This document shows positions 53,301 to 64,000 of a stretch of DNA of 64,000 bases, one piece after another. The notes under the pieces were generated by a model, which worked only from the letters and a program-made list of their open reading frames with translations, was not told the DNA's origin and made no database searches. Each line of letters begins with the position of its first letter. Within the stretch, counting starts at the first letter, position 1. The DNA is from Balanoglossus misakiensis. Taxonomy: Eukaryota > Animalia > Hemichordata. Location: positions 7,273,919-7,337,918 of the forward strand of contig CM082584.2 of the NCBI GenBank assembly GCA_040954595.2, in the 5' to 3' direction. The position numbers and the translations under genes were made by a program.

Positions 53301-56300
53301 GTTCATTCTAAGAATTATCTAATTCAGGGATTTGTGGATGAATGTAATGTTTATAAACAAACAAATGCGGTGCGACGGCCTCTTCACTTTAAAAAGTAAG
53401 AGATTGGTGGATTGGTCGATAAGATGTAGATGCAAGAACTGACTAAGTAATTGATTATAGAACATGAAGGTTCAGTGACCGGTTGGTAGGTTTATTGACT
53501 GGTTGTATTCTCGCACTATCTCCATATGGACCCACACATCGGTAAAAGGGGGTGATTATATCTCACCTGAGACAGGCTGTCGTTCAAAACTGGGAAGTTC
53601 CTTATCAAGGAAAGCTGGCTAGAGAGACGTAACATGACAGACAGTGTGTGGGGGTCTGGCTGTGGCCGGAAATGCACTATAGCTGCTGTTTTACAATTGG
53701 CGCCCAGGATGTCGTGCAACAGACTTGTAAACTTGGAATCTCTAAAGCGGTACAAGTAAGATGAAACTATGATTAGACACATGATGGTTTTTATAGCACC
53801 TACATGCATGTGTACAATTCTGGCTTGTGCTACTATACATACAAGTAATGTTTACATGATTCTAATTATTAAGATATTGAAGAATGGTAATAAAAATAGC
53901 ACCAGTGACACTGTAGCCCACATCTAACCAACCAGTATTACTATATTTGCTACAAGAACATACTGAATTCCATGCCGAGCACTCACACTTACCTGTAGTT
54001 AATGACTCTCTCTGGGTTGGGCGCATTGGCAAGGTTCGCAACCAGCTGTCCAAATGCTAGAATTGGCCGGCTTAGGGTCGGTCCCTCCCGTAGTCTGATC
54101 TGTTGAGAGTCTTCAGCCAGTTTCTCGGCGGCCGGCGTGTCGATGAACGTGAACTTTGAAATGTTGGGGTGGGGATTTTCACCGTGACGCTGTGGGAGAA
54201 AGAAAGATACAAAAATGGTGAATTCTTGAAACCGATTATGCTTCATAATGACCTGTGTCATATTTTCTGAGCCTTCGTACATCATAGTCATAGTATCTTA
54301 TATAATGTTTAAAACACTAATACACACACCCTATTATTATCATAACCAATGTACGACCATACATAGACACTGTATATCCTAGTATTTTTGCCAACACATA
54401 TGTTTATAACACTCAAAATTTTCATTTGGGAGGAAAAGACATGGAAAAGACATGCATTTGATTTCTAAAAAACAGCGCTTATGACACTGAGCTCCTGTTT
54501 ACAGCCATCTACACACCTAAAAGGTTTTTCACATGCATTGATACACCATTTGACGAATAAATAACATGCATGCAAAAAGTTACGGCAGGCCACACATCAA
54601 CCGATGAAAAATGACATTACATTATGCATTACTGTTTTTACATTCAGAGTCTAAATTAGTACTCTGATGATAGACAATCAAGACAGACAATCTAGATATG
54701 AACATGTAGTCAAAAATGACAATAGGTGTCAAAATTCAAAGCAAGGCACATTTTGAAAATAACATTTTTTACCCAAAAATGACAACACTATCCAAAAAAA
54801 ATATCGTGCAGATATTATCACAATTTGAAGAAATCTGAACGAACATTAAAACATTGAACGAAACATAAGGTGTTCATAACTTCTTTATATACTCACCCCA
54901 TATAAGAGCCATTGCCACTAGAGGGCAGTATTGTTAGTTAGAAAATGAGAGACGAAACAATTTTGTAAGTTTAATATACTGCTGCAACCACCAATATACA
55001 GAAACTCCACACAAGAGAAAATGCCATGTTTCTGTCGCAGCTGGCTTTCAATGCATGCAACCTTTAAAATGTTAAAGTTATAAGTTACTGTTGTCCAGCA
55101 AAGGAAAGATACAGAATGTTCAATAGTTGAGCGAGAGAGTGTGCGATTTATATTTCCAGTGGAAAAATAAATAAATAAACAAATAATATAAATAAACAGA
55201 CTTACAGCTGTCAGTTCAATAGTGATGATAGTCGAAGCATAGCAGTGAGCTGAACCATGGTCTGTCTGAGCGATAATTCTCTTTCCCCAACCTTGTCGGA
55301 ATAACGCTGTGGCATCTGAAGCGCTCTTAATGGGAGTTTTGAAGGCATTCTGAAACGGAAAGAGAGAATTTAATTTTGATAAAGGTCCAAGTCAATCAGG
55401 AGTTTACCTTTGTATTAAGGATGTCTGTCTGTTATGCTTACAGATTCACGCTTTTCAAAAACAGGGCCGGTTGGTCAAAACTCTTTGAATCTTTTTTTTT
55501 TTAATTTCCAGTTTTTAGGAAAGTCCCTTGACTGGCCACTACAGTGTATGTGATTACATCTGAGTGTGGGAAAATGACCAATATTTACTGTACAGTCTTA
55601 CTTTGGCATGGACACCTTCCTGGGGAGAGTTCTTCAGAGGTAGTGGATTCTTAGACGACGGAAGCGTTAACAAATCCTTGATTGTCTCGTTGTAGACTTC
55701 TATCATCGTCATGGTGACCTGACCTCTCTGTATCTTGAGCTTCTCATCATACATGTATGCCTCGTCTAGAGTGATGAAAAATACAGGGATATGCATATCT
55801 CCATACTGGTCGATGGCTAAAGGCATTAGGATATATTTTCTCAAATATATGGGTATACAGCCATATGGAACTTCATGTACACGTATTCAATCATGAAACT
55901 ACATTGATGAAATAAACAAGGCTATATCCATGAAAGTCATAGATGAACCAGAAAACATATGATCAGGGTATATATCAGGGTATGGCTGAAATTATACACA
56001 TCAACCCTTTCAGCCCTATATCTGGCCAACAATGAATTTGGACCATGGGTGTGAAAATGTTAACCCTTTTACCACCATGTATCAGTCCAAACCCATTGTT
56101 TTCTATGGTAACGTTGGACCTCTAAAGAGGGAACTGGGGGTGAAAGGGTTAAACTACTTGGTTTATTCAGAGTGGGAGTTCAAAGTAGGAGATCACTTGA
56201 GCTGAGGTGTGAACATTAATAGAAGGCATGAAAGAAATATTGTTCATTCATACACTCCATCCAGAAATTGACCCCTCCCTCCCTCCCTCCCCATCTCTCT

Positions 56301-56831
56301 ATTCTGGTCTGTACCTGATCGTCTGCCATCATCCAGCTTATTGAACAGTGCATCTAGGAAGATCGGAATAATCCCAGCCTTATTGGTGCTCTCGCCGGTC
56401 AAAGTGTACGATTTCCCGGAATAGCTCTCTCCGAGAGACAGGATGGAGCAGTTGTATCCTGCCAGGAATATGTTGAGCATTGGTTCCACCGTCTTTCTGT
56501 ACACATCAAAGTTGGACGAATCCTGTTTGAATATCATCTGATAACTGGAGAGAGAGAAAAGAAAGTGAAATGCAGAGATGCAAATGTTAACTCATTTATT
56601 TGATTAAAAAGTCAAGATGCTTGCTAATAAATTTGATCCAACTTCAAGTGTAAATTTGTGATACGTGTTCATTGCAAGTACAGCTACATTGCTGCCATCA
56701 ACGGCTTCTCCTTACCTGTGTCCATGACTGCTCTCCTGTCCCACAATTCTGTGGTGCCCGGTAATATTCAAAGCGTGGGGACCCTCACCCCGTACCGAGG
56801 GTCGTATTCTTGCAACTGTCTCAATGTTCAT
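35370..56831 (-). CDS. CCDC78: Kinesin-motor-like domain fused to a CCDC78 (DUF4472) coiled-coil protein, about 917 aa
   Basis: Coding exons 56831-56716, 56544-56315, 55765-55602, 55349-55206, 54189-53993, 53741-53567, 52970-52839, 52320-52189, 50663-50577, 50367-50188, 49151-48978, 47734-47684, 47537-47449, 47229-47151, 46991-46866, 46461-46253, 45809-45627, 44880-44814, 43229-43129, 35487-35370 (sum 2754 nt, one frame). CCDC78-like peptides: SEEEKLKVSKTLVDLQ, ENNKLQIQLKELNEEYRSRL, HRIREEQLSNAARSF...RRHEELLVAYR, WSSLRKQLREFTLNTQQELEAERAALLTRCTMAEE...QEYIDKHLLRYKQEIERLRRML. Confidence 0.88.
37082..37168. mobile_element. 87-bp hairpin MITE with TAG...CTA termini and a 9-bp target-site duplication (Academ/AcademH-like)
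   Basis: 22-bp perfect TIR TAGCCCGGAGACACAGGCGTTG / CAACGCCTGTGTCTCCGGGCTA; CCAGCCTTC repeated at 37073-37081 and 37169-37177. Confidence 0.8.
38630..38726. mobile_element. Degenerate short Tc1/mariner-type MITE
   Basis: TACAGTGAAACCTGTC ... GATAGGTTTCA inverted ends; internal GACACCTCT/AGAGGTGTC inverted pair. Confidence 0.5.
41160..41335. repeat. (TGTGG)n pentanucleotide microsatellite with TGTAA variants
   Basis: Read directly. Confidence 0.95.
45451..45616. mobile_element. Degenerate Tc1/mariner-type MITE; a fragment of the same family lies at 55508-55541
   Basis: AGTCAAACCTGT ... ACAGGTTCCACAGTA ends; repeated GTGGCCAC; AGGAAAGTCCCTTGACTGGCCACTA shared with 55508-55541. Confidence 0.55.
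49253..49570. mobile_element. Non-autonomous Kolobok-like DNA transposon
   Basis: TTAA-AGGGACAAAGTCATTAT ... ATAATGACGTTGTCCCT-TAAA (16/17 TIR match). Confidence 0.7.
53159..53388. mobile_element. Non-autonomous Kolobok-like DNA transposon (second family)
   Basis: TTAA-AGGGAAGGGGTCGTCGCACCGC ... GCGGTGCGACGGCCTCTTCACT-TTAA (19/22 TIR match). Confidence 0.7.
53567..56831 (-). CDS. Kinesin motor-like domain (first six coding exons, about 340 aa) of the CCDC78 fusion gene
   Basis: MNIETVARIRP (beta-1 RxRP), LAGYNCSILSLGESYSGKSYTLTG (P-loop), GIIP, IEVYNETIKDLL, SKFTFIDTPAAE (position of DLAGSE), INYRDSKFTSLLHDILGANCKT (canonical PYRDSKLTRLLQDSLGGN.KT). Confidence 0.9.
56064..56148. mobile_element. 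~85-bp piggyBac-like MITE, with a possible degenerate related copy immediately before it (about 56003-56063)
   Basis: TTAA-CCCTTTTACC ... GGTGAAAGGG-TTAA; homologous to 20613-20697 and 6793-6855. Confidence 0.7.
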
Positions 56832-57462
56832 CTTGAATTTTGTCTCAAAAACCTTGAAAATCAATGTGTTCTTGAGACATCAGGGTGGAAAGGTTTTCTT
56901 CAGTGAATTTACCTGCAACAGGAAGAGAAGAAAGAAGCACTTTTCAGCTCAGCCAAGAAAACTTTGTAAGCTTTCAGTCAACAAAGTGATCTACATAGTT
57001 GAGGGTTTCTCTGTGTCTGTGAGCTTGCACTGAGTCCATGTACGTACACGTATGCCCTAAATGTATGTAAAAATCTTGTGTATTATTAAAACATCTAAAA
57101 GGAACAGCTTTATTATGGAGGGGCGGGTCTTAAATCACATGAAAGTGATTAACAGCAAGCTTTAAATGTATAGGGCATAAGCCTCACTACAGGGCATCAA
57201 TGTTATGGAAAAAATAATCCAGTATTGGAAAAGTAGGAATCAAAGAATACTTTTCCCCCTGTATGTTTTGTTTCAATTGGTTGGATTTGGAGAGTGTGAA
57301 GCTGCAGCCTGCAGGTACTGTTTTACAAGAAATGCAGAAGAAGCTGTATTCAAATCAAATAAAAGCATTTAAAAATCACCACTTTCCCCTCTGGTTTGGA
57401 TCAGAAAAGATTAGCAACCCCTACCCGGATTAGCCGTTCGATGATTGGGCAATCCGACTACA

Positions 57463-57520
57463 GGTTCTCATAACCATGGTAACGTTGTACCACAGCAACG
57501 TTACCATGGTTATGAGAACC
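57463..57520. repeat. Perfect inverted repeat (25-bp arms, 8-nt spacer) containing two X-box-like motifs
   Basis: GGTTCTCATAACCATGGTAACGTTG-TACCACAG-CAACGTTACCATGGTTATGAGAACC. Confidence 0.9.
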
Positions 57521-57816
57521 AGTGGTCCACAACAATATTACATGTATATGACGAGTTTACGTGGCCATTTCTCTGATCACACGTTGATTATTTTTCAAAC
57601 GAACGTTCAACACAACAGATATTCACCTCAAGGACAAACGGTGTTTCACTCATGCCAGAATATTCCTCAAATCACTGTGAACTCGGTCATCAACGGAGGT
57701 TTATATCGATCAGTACTTGCAAAAGCCAAAACACAGTACCCTCATTGGCGATCGATCGCATCAATCGATCCGAACGGGCACACTTTCCCTGTTATAATTT
57801 TGCGTCTGCTACTTAC

Positions 57817-57940
57817 CTGTAAATACAGCGACCGAATGGTATCGTCAATGTTCAACTGGACGGTATTGAAAGGCCTATAGAGGAGAGAATAGATCGGCGA
57901 TGAGTATTGTTTACATCGATTGCTACGCCGCCATATTGTT
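57817..57940 (-). other. Probable non-coding first exon (5' UTR) of the kinesin-CCDC78 gene, with a YY1-like AATATGGCGGC motif
   Basis: Strong donor CAG|GTAAGT at 57817/57816 and matching acceptor TTGCAG at 56913/56912; CpG-rich context; no in-frame ATG. Confidence 0.6.
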
Positions 57941-58565
57941 GTCAAATTGAACTGCGGTTGCGCAGTACATGATTGCGTCCTCCAATACAAGATGTATCAA
58001 AAGTTGCTAATTAAAGTAGTTTTAAATATTAGATATTAATAAAAACATTTGTCATTGTGTATATTTTTCAATCAACCATGAAGGCTGATATTTCTAACAT
58101 ACTCGCCTGTGATCTCAGTTCCATTGCAACGCAATGTAATTGAAGCAGTAAATATTTACTTTTTCTTTTAATAATAATAGTTCACAAGGTGACACTAACA
58201 GTAAATAAATTCTTGCTCTTCGTCGCAACATTATTGATTCCGATGTTTAATATCTCTAATATCTCTGGATCGGGGGAGCAGGGCGATAAAAACAAAAGAA
58301 CGGTAAAAACAAAGGAATCATATGAATTGGGGGATAAGTAGGATGGCGCTTGTTACGCGCAAAAAGATTTGTAAACAAAAATGTCAGCGCCCTGCCAAGG
58401 GGCAGCGCCCACAATCTAGCTGGCGGATGTGACCAATCGTGGCAATGGGTTCCAGGAAAACACCGAGCGAGGTGACGCATAGATACCGGTTTTGGCCCGT
58501 GTAGGGTTTTATTCGGAAAGACACTCCCGTGTTTTCTGCTAATACTTGTGTCGACACGATGAAAA
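57940..58565. promoter_or_regulatory. Probable bidirectional promoter between kinesin-CCDC78 (-) and an unnamed signal-peptide gene (+)
   Basis: Oppositely oriented ATGGCG (YY1-like) motifs, each followed by a splice donor (57817 on -, 58603 on +); CCAAT near 58433, GTGACGCA near 58472, GTAAACAAA forkhead-type site near 58371. Confidence 0.5.
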
Positions 58566-58988
58566 AAACATGGCGAGTGACTTTTGGCCAAGTATATAAA
58601 CGGTGAGTTTGTCATGGTTACTCCTATTTACATCACTTAACTGCATACCATAATGTACTTGGAAGTATTTTTCAAGTGATCATGTCGACGATATTTGTGC
58701 TCCAGTCCCGATTGACCGATTTCACGTCCGCGATTTTTTGAGGACTGGTTGTCAGTCACCACGATCTGAAAGCTGACGCGTTGTACATGTACGTGTCTTC
58801 ACGGTCCCCATCAAGAACATTCCCACAGTAATTCAAGGTCACACGGCAAAAGTTACTTAAAGTACAACGACACTGTCAACCTTCGATGTACAGGGACGTG
58901 CAAGGTTGACGGTTTTAAGCAGAGATCATTCAAGAATGCTTAGAACATGTACATGGTAGAACCCCAGGGTCACTGAATGTGTACAGGC

Positions 58989-59008
58989 GGGGGGGGGGGG
59001 GGGGGGGG
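58989..59008. repeat. Poly-G tract (about 20 nt)
   Basis: Read directly. Confidence 0.85.
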
Positions 59009-60192
59009 TAAAACACATCGTCCATTATGGTGACTGATGCAGTTTACAATGTAACAATTTCCAAACTTTGGTTTTTAATACACATGCTTCATGTAATATA
59101 TTATATTGTTGATTTCATGCTAGGTCATAATGTTTTGGCTTTCAAAATTTCTTTGCTGTAACTTGAAAACAAGTTTAATATACCAATAAACCCTAGAGTA
59201 TATATTTAAAATAATCAATATGGTTTAAATGCGAGTGCTGGCTATAAATTTGTATGAAGGGTGAACACCTTTCTGATCTGATTACCAGTGGGTCACATGT
59301 AAAGCAAACACTACTTTTTTAAAGTATTTTAGCATATTATACAAATAAGAAAAACCATATTTGTTGGTTTGTGTTTTTCCATGATCAGTAACCTTTGAGA
59401 AATACAGTTGGCGAGTTTCAATTCTGGTGACATTGAAACAACATCAATGTGACTAGTTTTTTTTCTCTTCTTGTACTTGTAGATGTAGTATCTACCTCTG
59501 TCTCAATGGTATCTTCCTATTTGATATTCCGAAGGTGTTTGTCAGTTGATTTGTCAATTTTCCAGGTTTTGAAGGATTGGGCCATCAAGCAAGGTAAAAT
59601 TACACTCTGTCTCTTTCTAAATCTAAGTGACATTTATTTCACAGTAAAATTATAATTTATATCTTGTATGTATATATATCCCTGCATGTTTTTGGCAGAA
59701 ACCTACCAATAGTGATTTTAGTTGTAGAGTTTGAAAAAGAAATACAAGTGTTTTTTTCTTCTTCTCAAGAAGAATGATTTGAACCTGGAAATTAATCACT
59801 GACAGTAATTGACATATTCACTGTATCTGTGTTGGCATGGCAACTGCTTCGGAGGAAAGGTGTTTGAGCATAAAGCCAACAAGAATTTGTCATTAATTTT
59901 GAATGATGTTTTAGCCTCCTGTGTGTTGCCTACATATAAGTCTACATAATACATTTAATAAACTGGAGATAAAATACTAAGTAAGTTCCTCATAGTTGTG
60001 ACGTCTTTCAGTGTCACCATCTGTGCGTGTGTCAGTTGAGGGAATGGTTTACAACTCATTTGACATCGTTTTGATGTGTGTATAATTTCACTGCCACCAT
60101 TCTGTCCCATTTCACTGTCCTTATTCATATGTTCGATTCGTTTCTTCCTCAGATTCTGACTTTTGCTTAAGCAGTATATATCCCACGTCACA

Positions 60193-60283
60193 ATGGAGAG
60201 TAGACATCTGAACCTCTTGCTGCTTTTCCTGTCTGCGACCACAATTATTCTCCTGCAGACCGATGCTGCTGGTACCATCCCTG
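60193..60283 (+). CDS. First coding exon of an unidentified secreted or membrane protein (signal peptide); the gene probably continues beyond the window
   Basis: Acceptor TTTCTTCCTCAG ending at 60152; ACAATGG start context; MESRHLNLLLLFLSATTIILLQTDA-AGTIP has n/h/c regions; phase-1 donor G|GTAAGT. Likely upstream UTR exons end at 58602 and 59593. Confidence 0.65.
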
Positions 60284-60501
60284 GTAAGTACTGTCCGAGT
60301 TGCTGTGAAGATTTCTGTAGCGTTTTTGGCGAAAGAAAATTGTACCGGGAAGTTATTTCAAGAAATTTCCCAGCTAGATTCTTTCTGTGATTTTGGGCTG
60401 TATGATGTTGGCGCATTTTGAAATTGAGATTGGACTTGCAGTACTAGTATTGTGTTGTACTGTACGTGTGTTACAATACAGAAGACGACTTGCAGTACTT
60501 A

Positions 60502-60666
60502 CAGTGCAATGCAGTGCAGTACAGTACAGTACAGTACAGTACAGTACAGTACAGTACAGTACAGTACAGTACAGTACAGTACAGTACAGTACAGTACAGT
60601 ACAGTACAGTACAGTACAGTGCAGTGCAGTGCAGTGCAGTGCAGTACAGGACAGGACAGGACAGTA
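60502..60666. repeat. (CAGTA)n pentanucleotide microsatellite with CAGTG/CAGGA variants
   Basis: Read directly. Confidence 0.95.
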
Positions 60667-63600
60667 TGTGTTGGCCTGCACGCTTGGCCCATGTGTAGTT
60701 CTTTTAATATTCAGTCATTAATGATATAATGCTCTCAAATTACTGCAAATCGTGCATCACGTTAAATCTCACCATGTCACTGACCTTCAATACACGAGTA
60801 TACATTTAGAATGTGTGCGGTCAGTTCTGCTAAGGGAGGATGCCATCAGGCCATTTATTGTTTCCTTTTCCTGCCTAGTAGTTATAGCTTTGCAAATATA
60901 ATCCCCACAGTTTGTGGACGATTGGTCTATTAAAACATCGTTGTGTTATCATTTTTCGTCTGAGGATGTTTTTAGTATTCAGTACATTCCAGGATTCCTG
61001 CCAGGGGGCTTTTGCTGTACCATGAATTTAGTACTATGACTGATGTAGAGGTCCATGTATGGCTTTGCGAGAGAATCAGTTTCTAATTCAAATGCGATTT
61101 CCAGCGCAAAAACGGAAGTATAGCGTTTTAAACATGCAAGACACGCACCACACTGCTTATAGGATTTTAAGTGACAAAAATTGAGTGTCACTCCTGGTTT
61201 GTGAATGACGTAGGGTCACAGAAGACGAGACCTATACCTGCCGCAACATTTATATAGACCCAGCTGCCCAAGTCTGTGGCTGCTAGGTCCTATGAAATGA
61301 ATACATTCTTCGGAACAGTTTATAGAGCTACACGTATCGTGTTTGAACAGTTTTGTCTAGAAATTGTCTGGCTAAGATTTTCACCTTTGATCAGTCGAGA
61401 GAATGTAGATTGGAGCCCACATAATCTTATAAATGCAAATTGATGGATGCCTGCAAAATTTCATCCAGTGCTTCAAGGTCCAGTGAGATATACCTTGATT
61501 CCCTGCCTGTATCTTGTATATGTTGTGGTAAAATAACTACGAAAGAAATCAAGTCATATCAAATTCACTCAAGTTTTAATTCATTGTATAGTGAGCATGT
61601 ACATTGTACATGTGCAATGTACAAAATGTAGGTCGCATTTCACTGTAGTTTTATCAAATCGTGTCAATTAATCTGCCTGCATCCTGAACCAGAGCATTAT
61701 CCCTGTTAAAAATTAATTTTATCCAAACATGAGATTCATGTGGGTGTTAATGGTTAAGATTGAATCCATTGTATCATATCATTTCTCGTGTGTGATTTTA
61801 TCACTCTTGTGATATTTTTTCGGTAATCCCCAAACTACTGGATAAAGACTACTCTAAGCTTAAACACTAGACTCATTGACATCAGACTCAGTACATGTAC
61901 ATGTACGTCACTGCACAAACAACAATGTGAGTGAAATTAATCATTAACCCATTGCACGCCACCATTTCGCTGTCAAAATGAGGTTCAACATTTTGTTATA
62001 ATTTTTCCCTTTATTTTAGACCAATTGCACATAAGTTTTCATTGTCTACAGGTCTTGATAAAAAATTTTTTTAAAAATATATGGTGAAAGTTATGAGGTT
62101 GAAACTAATGTACAGTGTATTAGTATCATTGGAATGTTGACAACTGTCAGAGTGCATTAAATTGTGTTTGCAGTGAATTCTTTTGAAATATACAGGTCCC
62201 AGTTTCCCCTGGCCAGCAATTCTGACACAAGACACCTTTGTTGAACTATCAGTCAAATAGGTATAATCTTCTGTTCTGGTCTCGTAAAGGGTTAAAGATC
62301 ATGTGATAATTATAGACGGTGTGTTAACAAGTCTGAAAATTACATGTACTTGTATAATATGTAATGTATTCTCTTAAGTCGTCAAGTCAAGAAAGCTACT
62401 GCTCCCCCCCCCCCCCAACGCACACGTGACAATTTCTGGTGTTGTTTTGCAAAGGACTGAACTATAAACATATATATTGAGAATTAAAATCCACATAGCC
62501 AAATTAAAGTATCATCTACATTGAATGTTAAGCACACACAGCTGCGTGGAGTGAAAAATATGTGGACTTGTGTGTGATTACCTGGGTGGTTGTATGTGTG
62601 GGTGGGTTGTTTGGCCTGATACAGGGGTCATGCAGTTCGCATAATCACGGTTACTTCCCTCTTAAAGTTGTAAAAAAAATTCACCTGTGTTGAGTGATCC
62701 GTTTTATAGAAGTTTTTTTTTTATCTTGTAAAATGTAATTATTGCCCAACTTGTGTTATTTCTGCATTCCTTTTGAAATTCCGGAATTTTAATCTGGAGT
62801 TTGTTCGTTAAAGTTAGTTTCGGGTTGTTCATTAACACCAGTCCAAACATTTTCAGTTTCGATGGCCCTTTGTGTGGCCAAGGTGTGTTATTAATGCCTG
62901 CGTAACCGTGAAGTCGTGTTCCTGGTATTGAGCGTTCAGTCATTGTGACGACGTAGGGTCATTCACACGTCAGTGCACACAACTCTCTGGTTCCAACTCA
63001 AAGGGTGACAGTGTTCTCATTCACAGTACATCGTCTTGGGGTTCGATTCATCTGAAAACGAAAGCACCTCATGGTGATAAACAGAAAGAGAGAATGAAAG
63101 AGAGATGACTGCTGATTCCTTGTGTCTACTATAAACAGAAAGAGACTTGAATAGAGACATTCAGTGTGGAAACTATGAGTCACATGTCTTCATAAATTTG
63201 GTCTTCGTTTTCTTCCCTTTTTATTTTAACACAAAAGATTCCTTGTTTTCTTCAGGTTTCGAAAGGTTCACAAACTTTTGGAAAAGAAATTTTACCCCTC
63301 AATTGGTAACAGTACACATTTCCCACAATGCAATGTGTCTGTTCGTACAGGAAAAGAGTGTGGGTGTAGCAAACAGGTGTCTGCCTTTTGATTGGTCAGT
63401 TACTAATTTGAACTGTTACTGGTACACATTTGGAATTATTGATTGGAAGTTAAACAACAAAGTTAATTAATGTTTCATTCAGGGTGGCTTGGGGTTATGG
63501 CTGGGAAAAGCCAATAATGAAGTCTGTGTTTCATTTTCACGGTTTCAGTTCAGACCAAAATAATCATGTTTGATTACATATTAAGCTCAGGAGGAAGTTT

Positions 63601-64000
63601 TGGCAATATTAAGAAGCTTGTGTTTGATTGTTTGGTTTCGGTGGTTTCAATCAGTATACAGAAGTAAGGCTGAGAAACCTGGACACTAAGTGTTTGATTT
63701 CAGTGCTTTTAATCTGAACCAATAAGGACATACTGCACCCAGCTACAGATTCTTAACTTTGCTGTCACGACTCTGAACAATGAACAATCGGCCACAGGTT
63801 TTGACCTTTGGCCCGTTTTCACCAAGGTAGTCACTGGTATTGATCACTAAACAAACAGGCTCTAAACTGCAGGCATCCGTCTATTGTCACTTTTTAAACT
63901 TAAATTTGCTTATACTCTGCTCATGGAAATGTTTTTCTGCTGTTAAAGTCAAGGAAGAAAATTTGGATTTATGTCTAGTGTACAAATTGTGACCCGAGAA

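Noticed and set aside
60021-60040. CTGTGCGTGTGTCAG resembles the 5' part of miR-210
   Set aside because: The 3' half diverges and no complementary arm is evident
60387-60729. Repetitive STVQY / CTVLY ORFs
   Set aside because: Translation of the (CAGTA)n microsatellite
61948-62291. TTAA-CCC ... GGG-TTAA bounded segment, possible piggyBac-like element
   Set aside because: Terminal inverted match extends only a few bases; could be chance
63256-63470. Possible second coding exon of the signal-peptide gene (GFERFTNFWKRNFTPQL..., containing a KR site as in neuropeptide precursors)
   Set aside because: The acceptor and phase fit, but there is no clear donor, amidation signal or repeated peptide; too weak to call
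1-64000. CRISPR arrays, rRNA/tRNA genes, autonomous transposase or reverse transcriptase ORFs, prokaryote-type operons
   Set aside because: None seen; the repeats are microsatellites or MITEs and the genes are spliceosomal-intron eukaryotic genes. Small RNA genes cannot be fully excluded without a covariance-model search.

Overview
Intron-rich animal genomic DNA, probably from a marine invertebrate bilaterian (taxon is inference from gene content and repeat style). I reconstructed four genes by hand using GT-AG boundaries and frame continuity. (1) The 3' part of MAP3K1/MEKK1 (+, 233-6234). (2) A complete FAAH-type amidase (+, 9218-16179, 16 coding exons, about 587 aa). (3) PHF24/GINIP (-, 31887-20877, 7 coding exons, about 411 aa), which has four intact-looking EF-hand loops. 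(4) A 20-exon gene (-, 56831-35370, about 917 aa) that fuses an N-terminal kinesin-like motor domain to a full CCDC78-type coiled-coil protein; the motor keeps its P-loop but has lost switch I and switch II. A fifth, divergently transcribed gene with a signal-peptide exon starts at about 58.6-60.3 kb. Introns hold several short non-autonomous DNA transposons, microsatellites and hairpins. The top candidates for novelty are the kinesin-CCDC78 'pseudo-motor' fusion with RFX/FOX-type motifs at its 5' end, and the calmodulin-like PHF24 under a CRE-TATA promoter. Homology calls rest on remembered family sequences; no database search was run.
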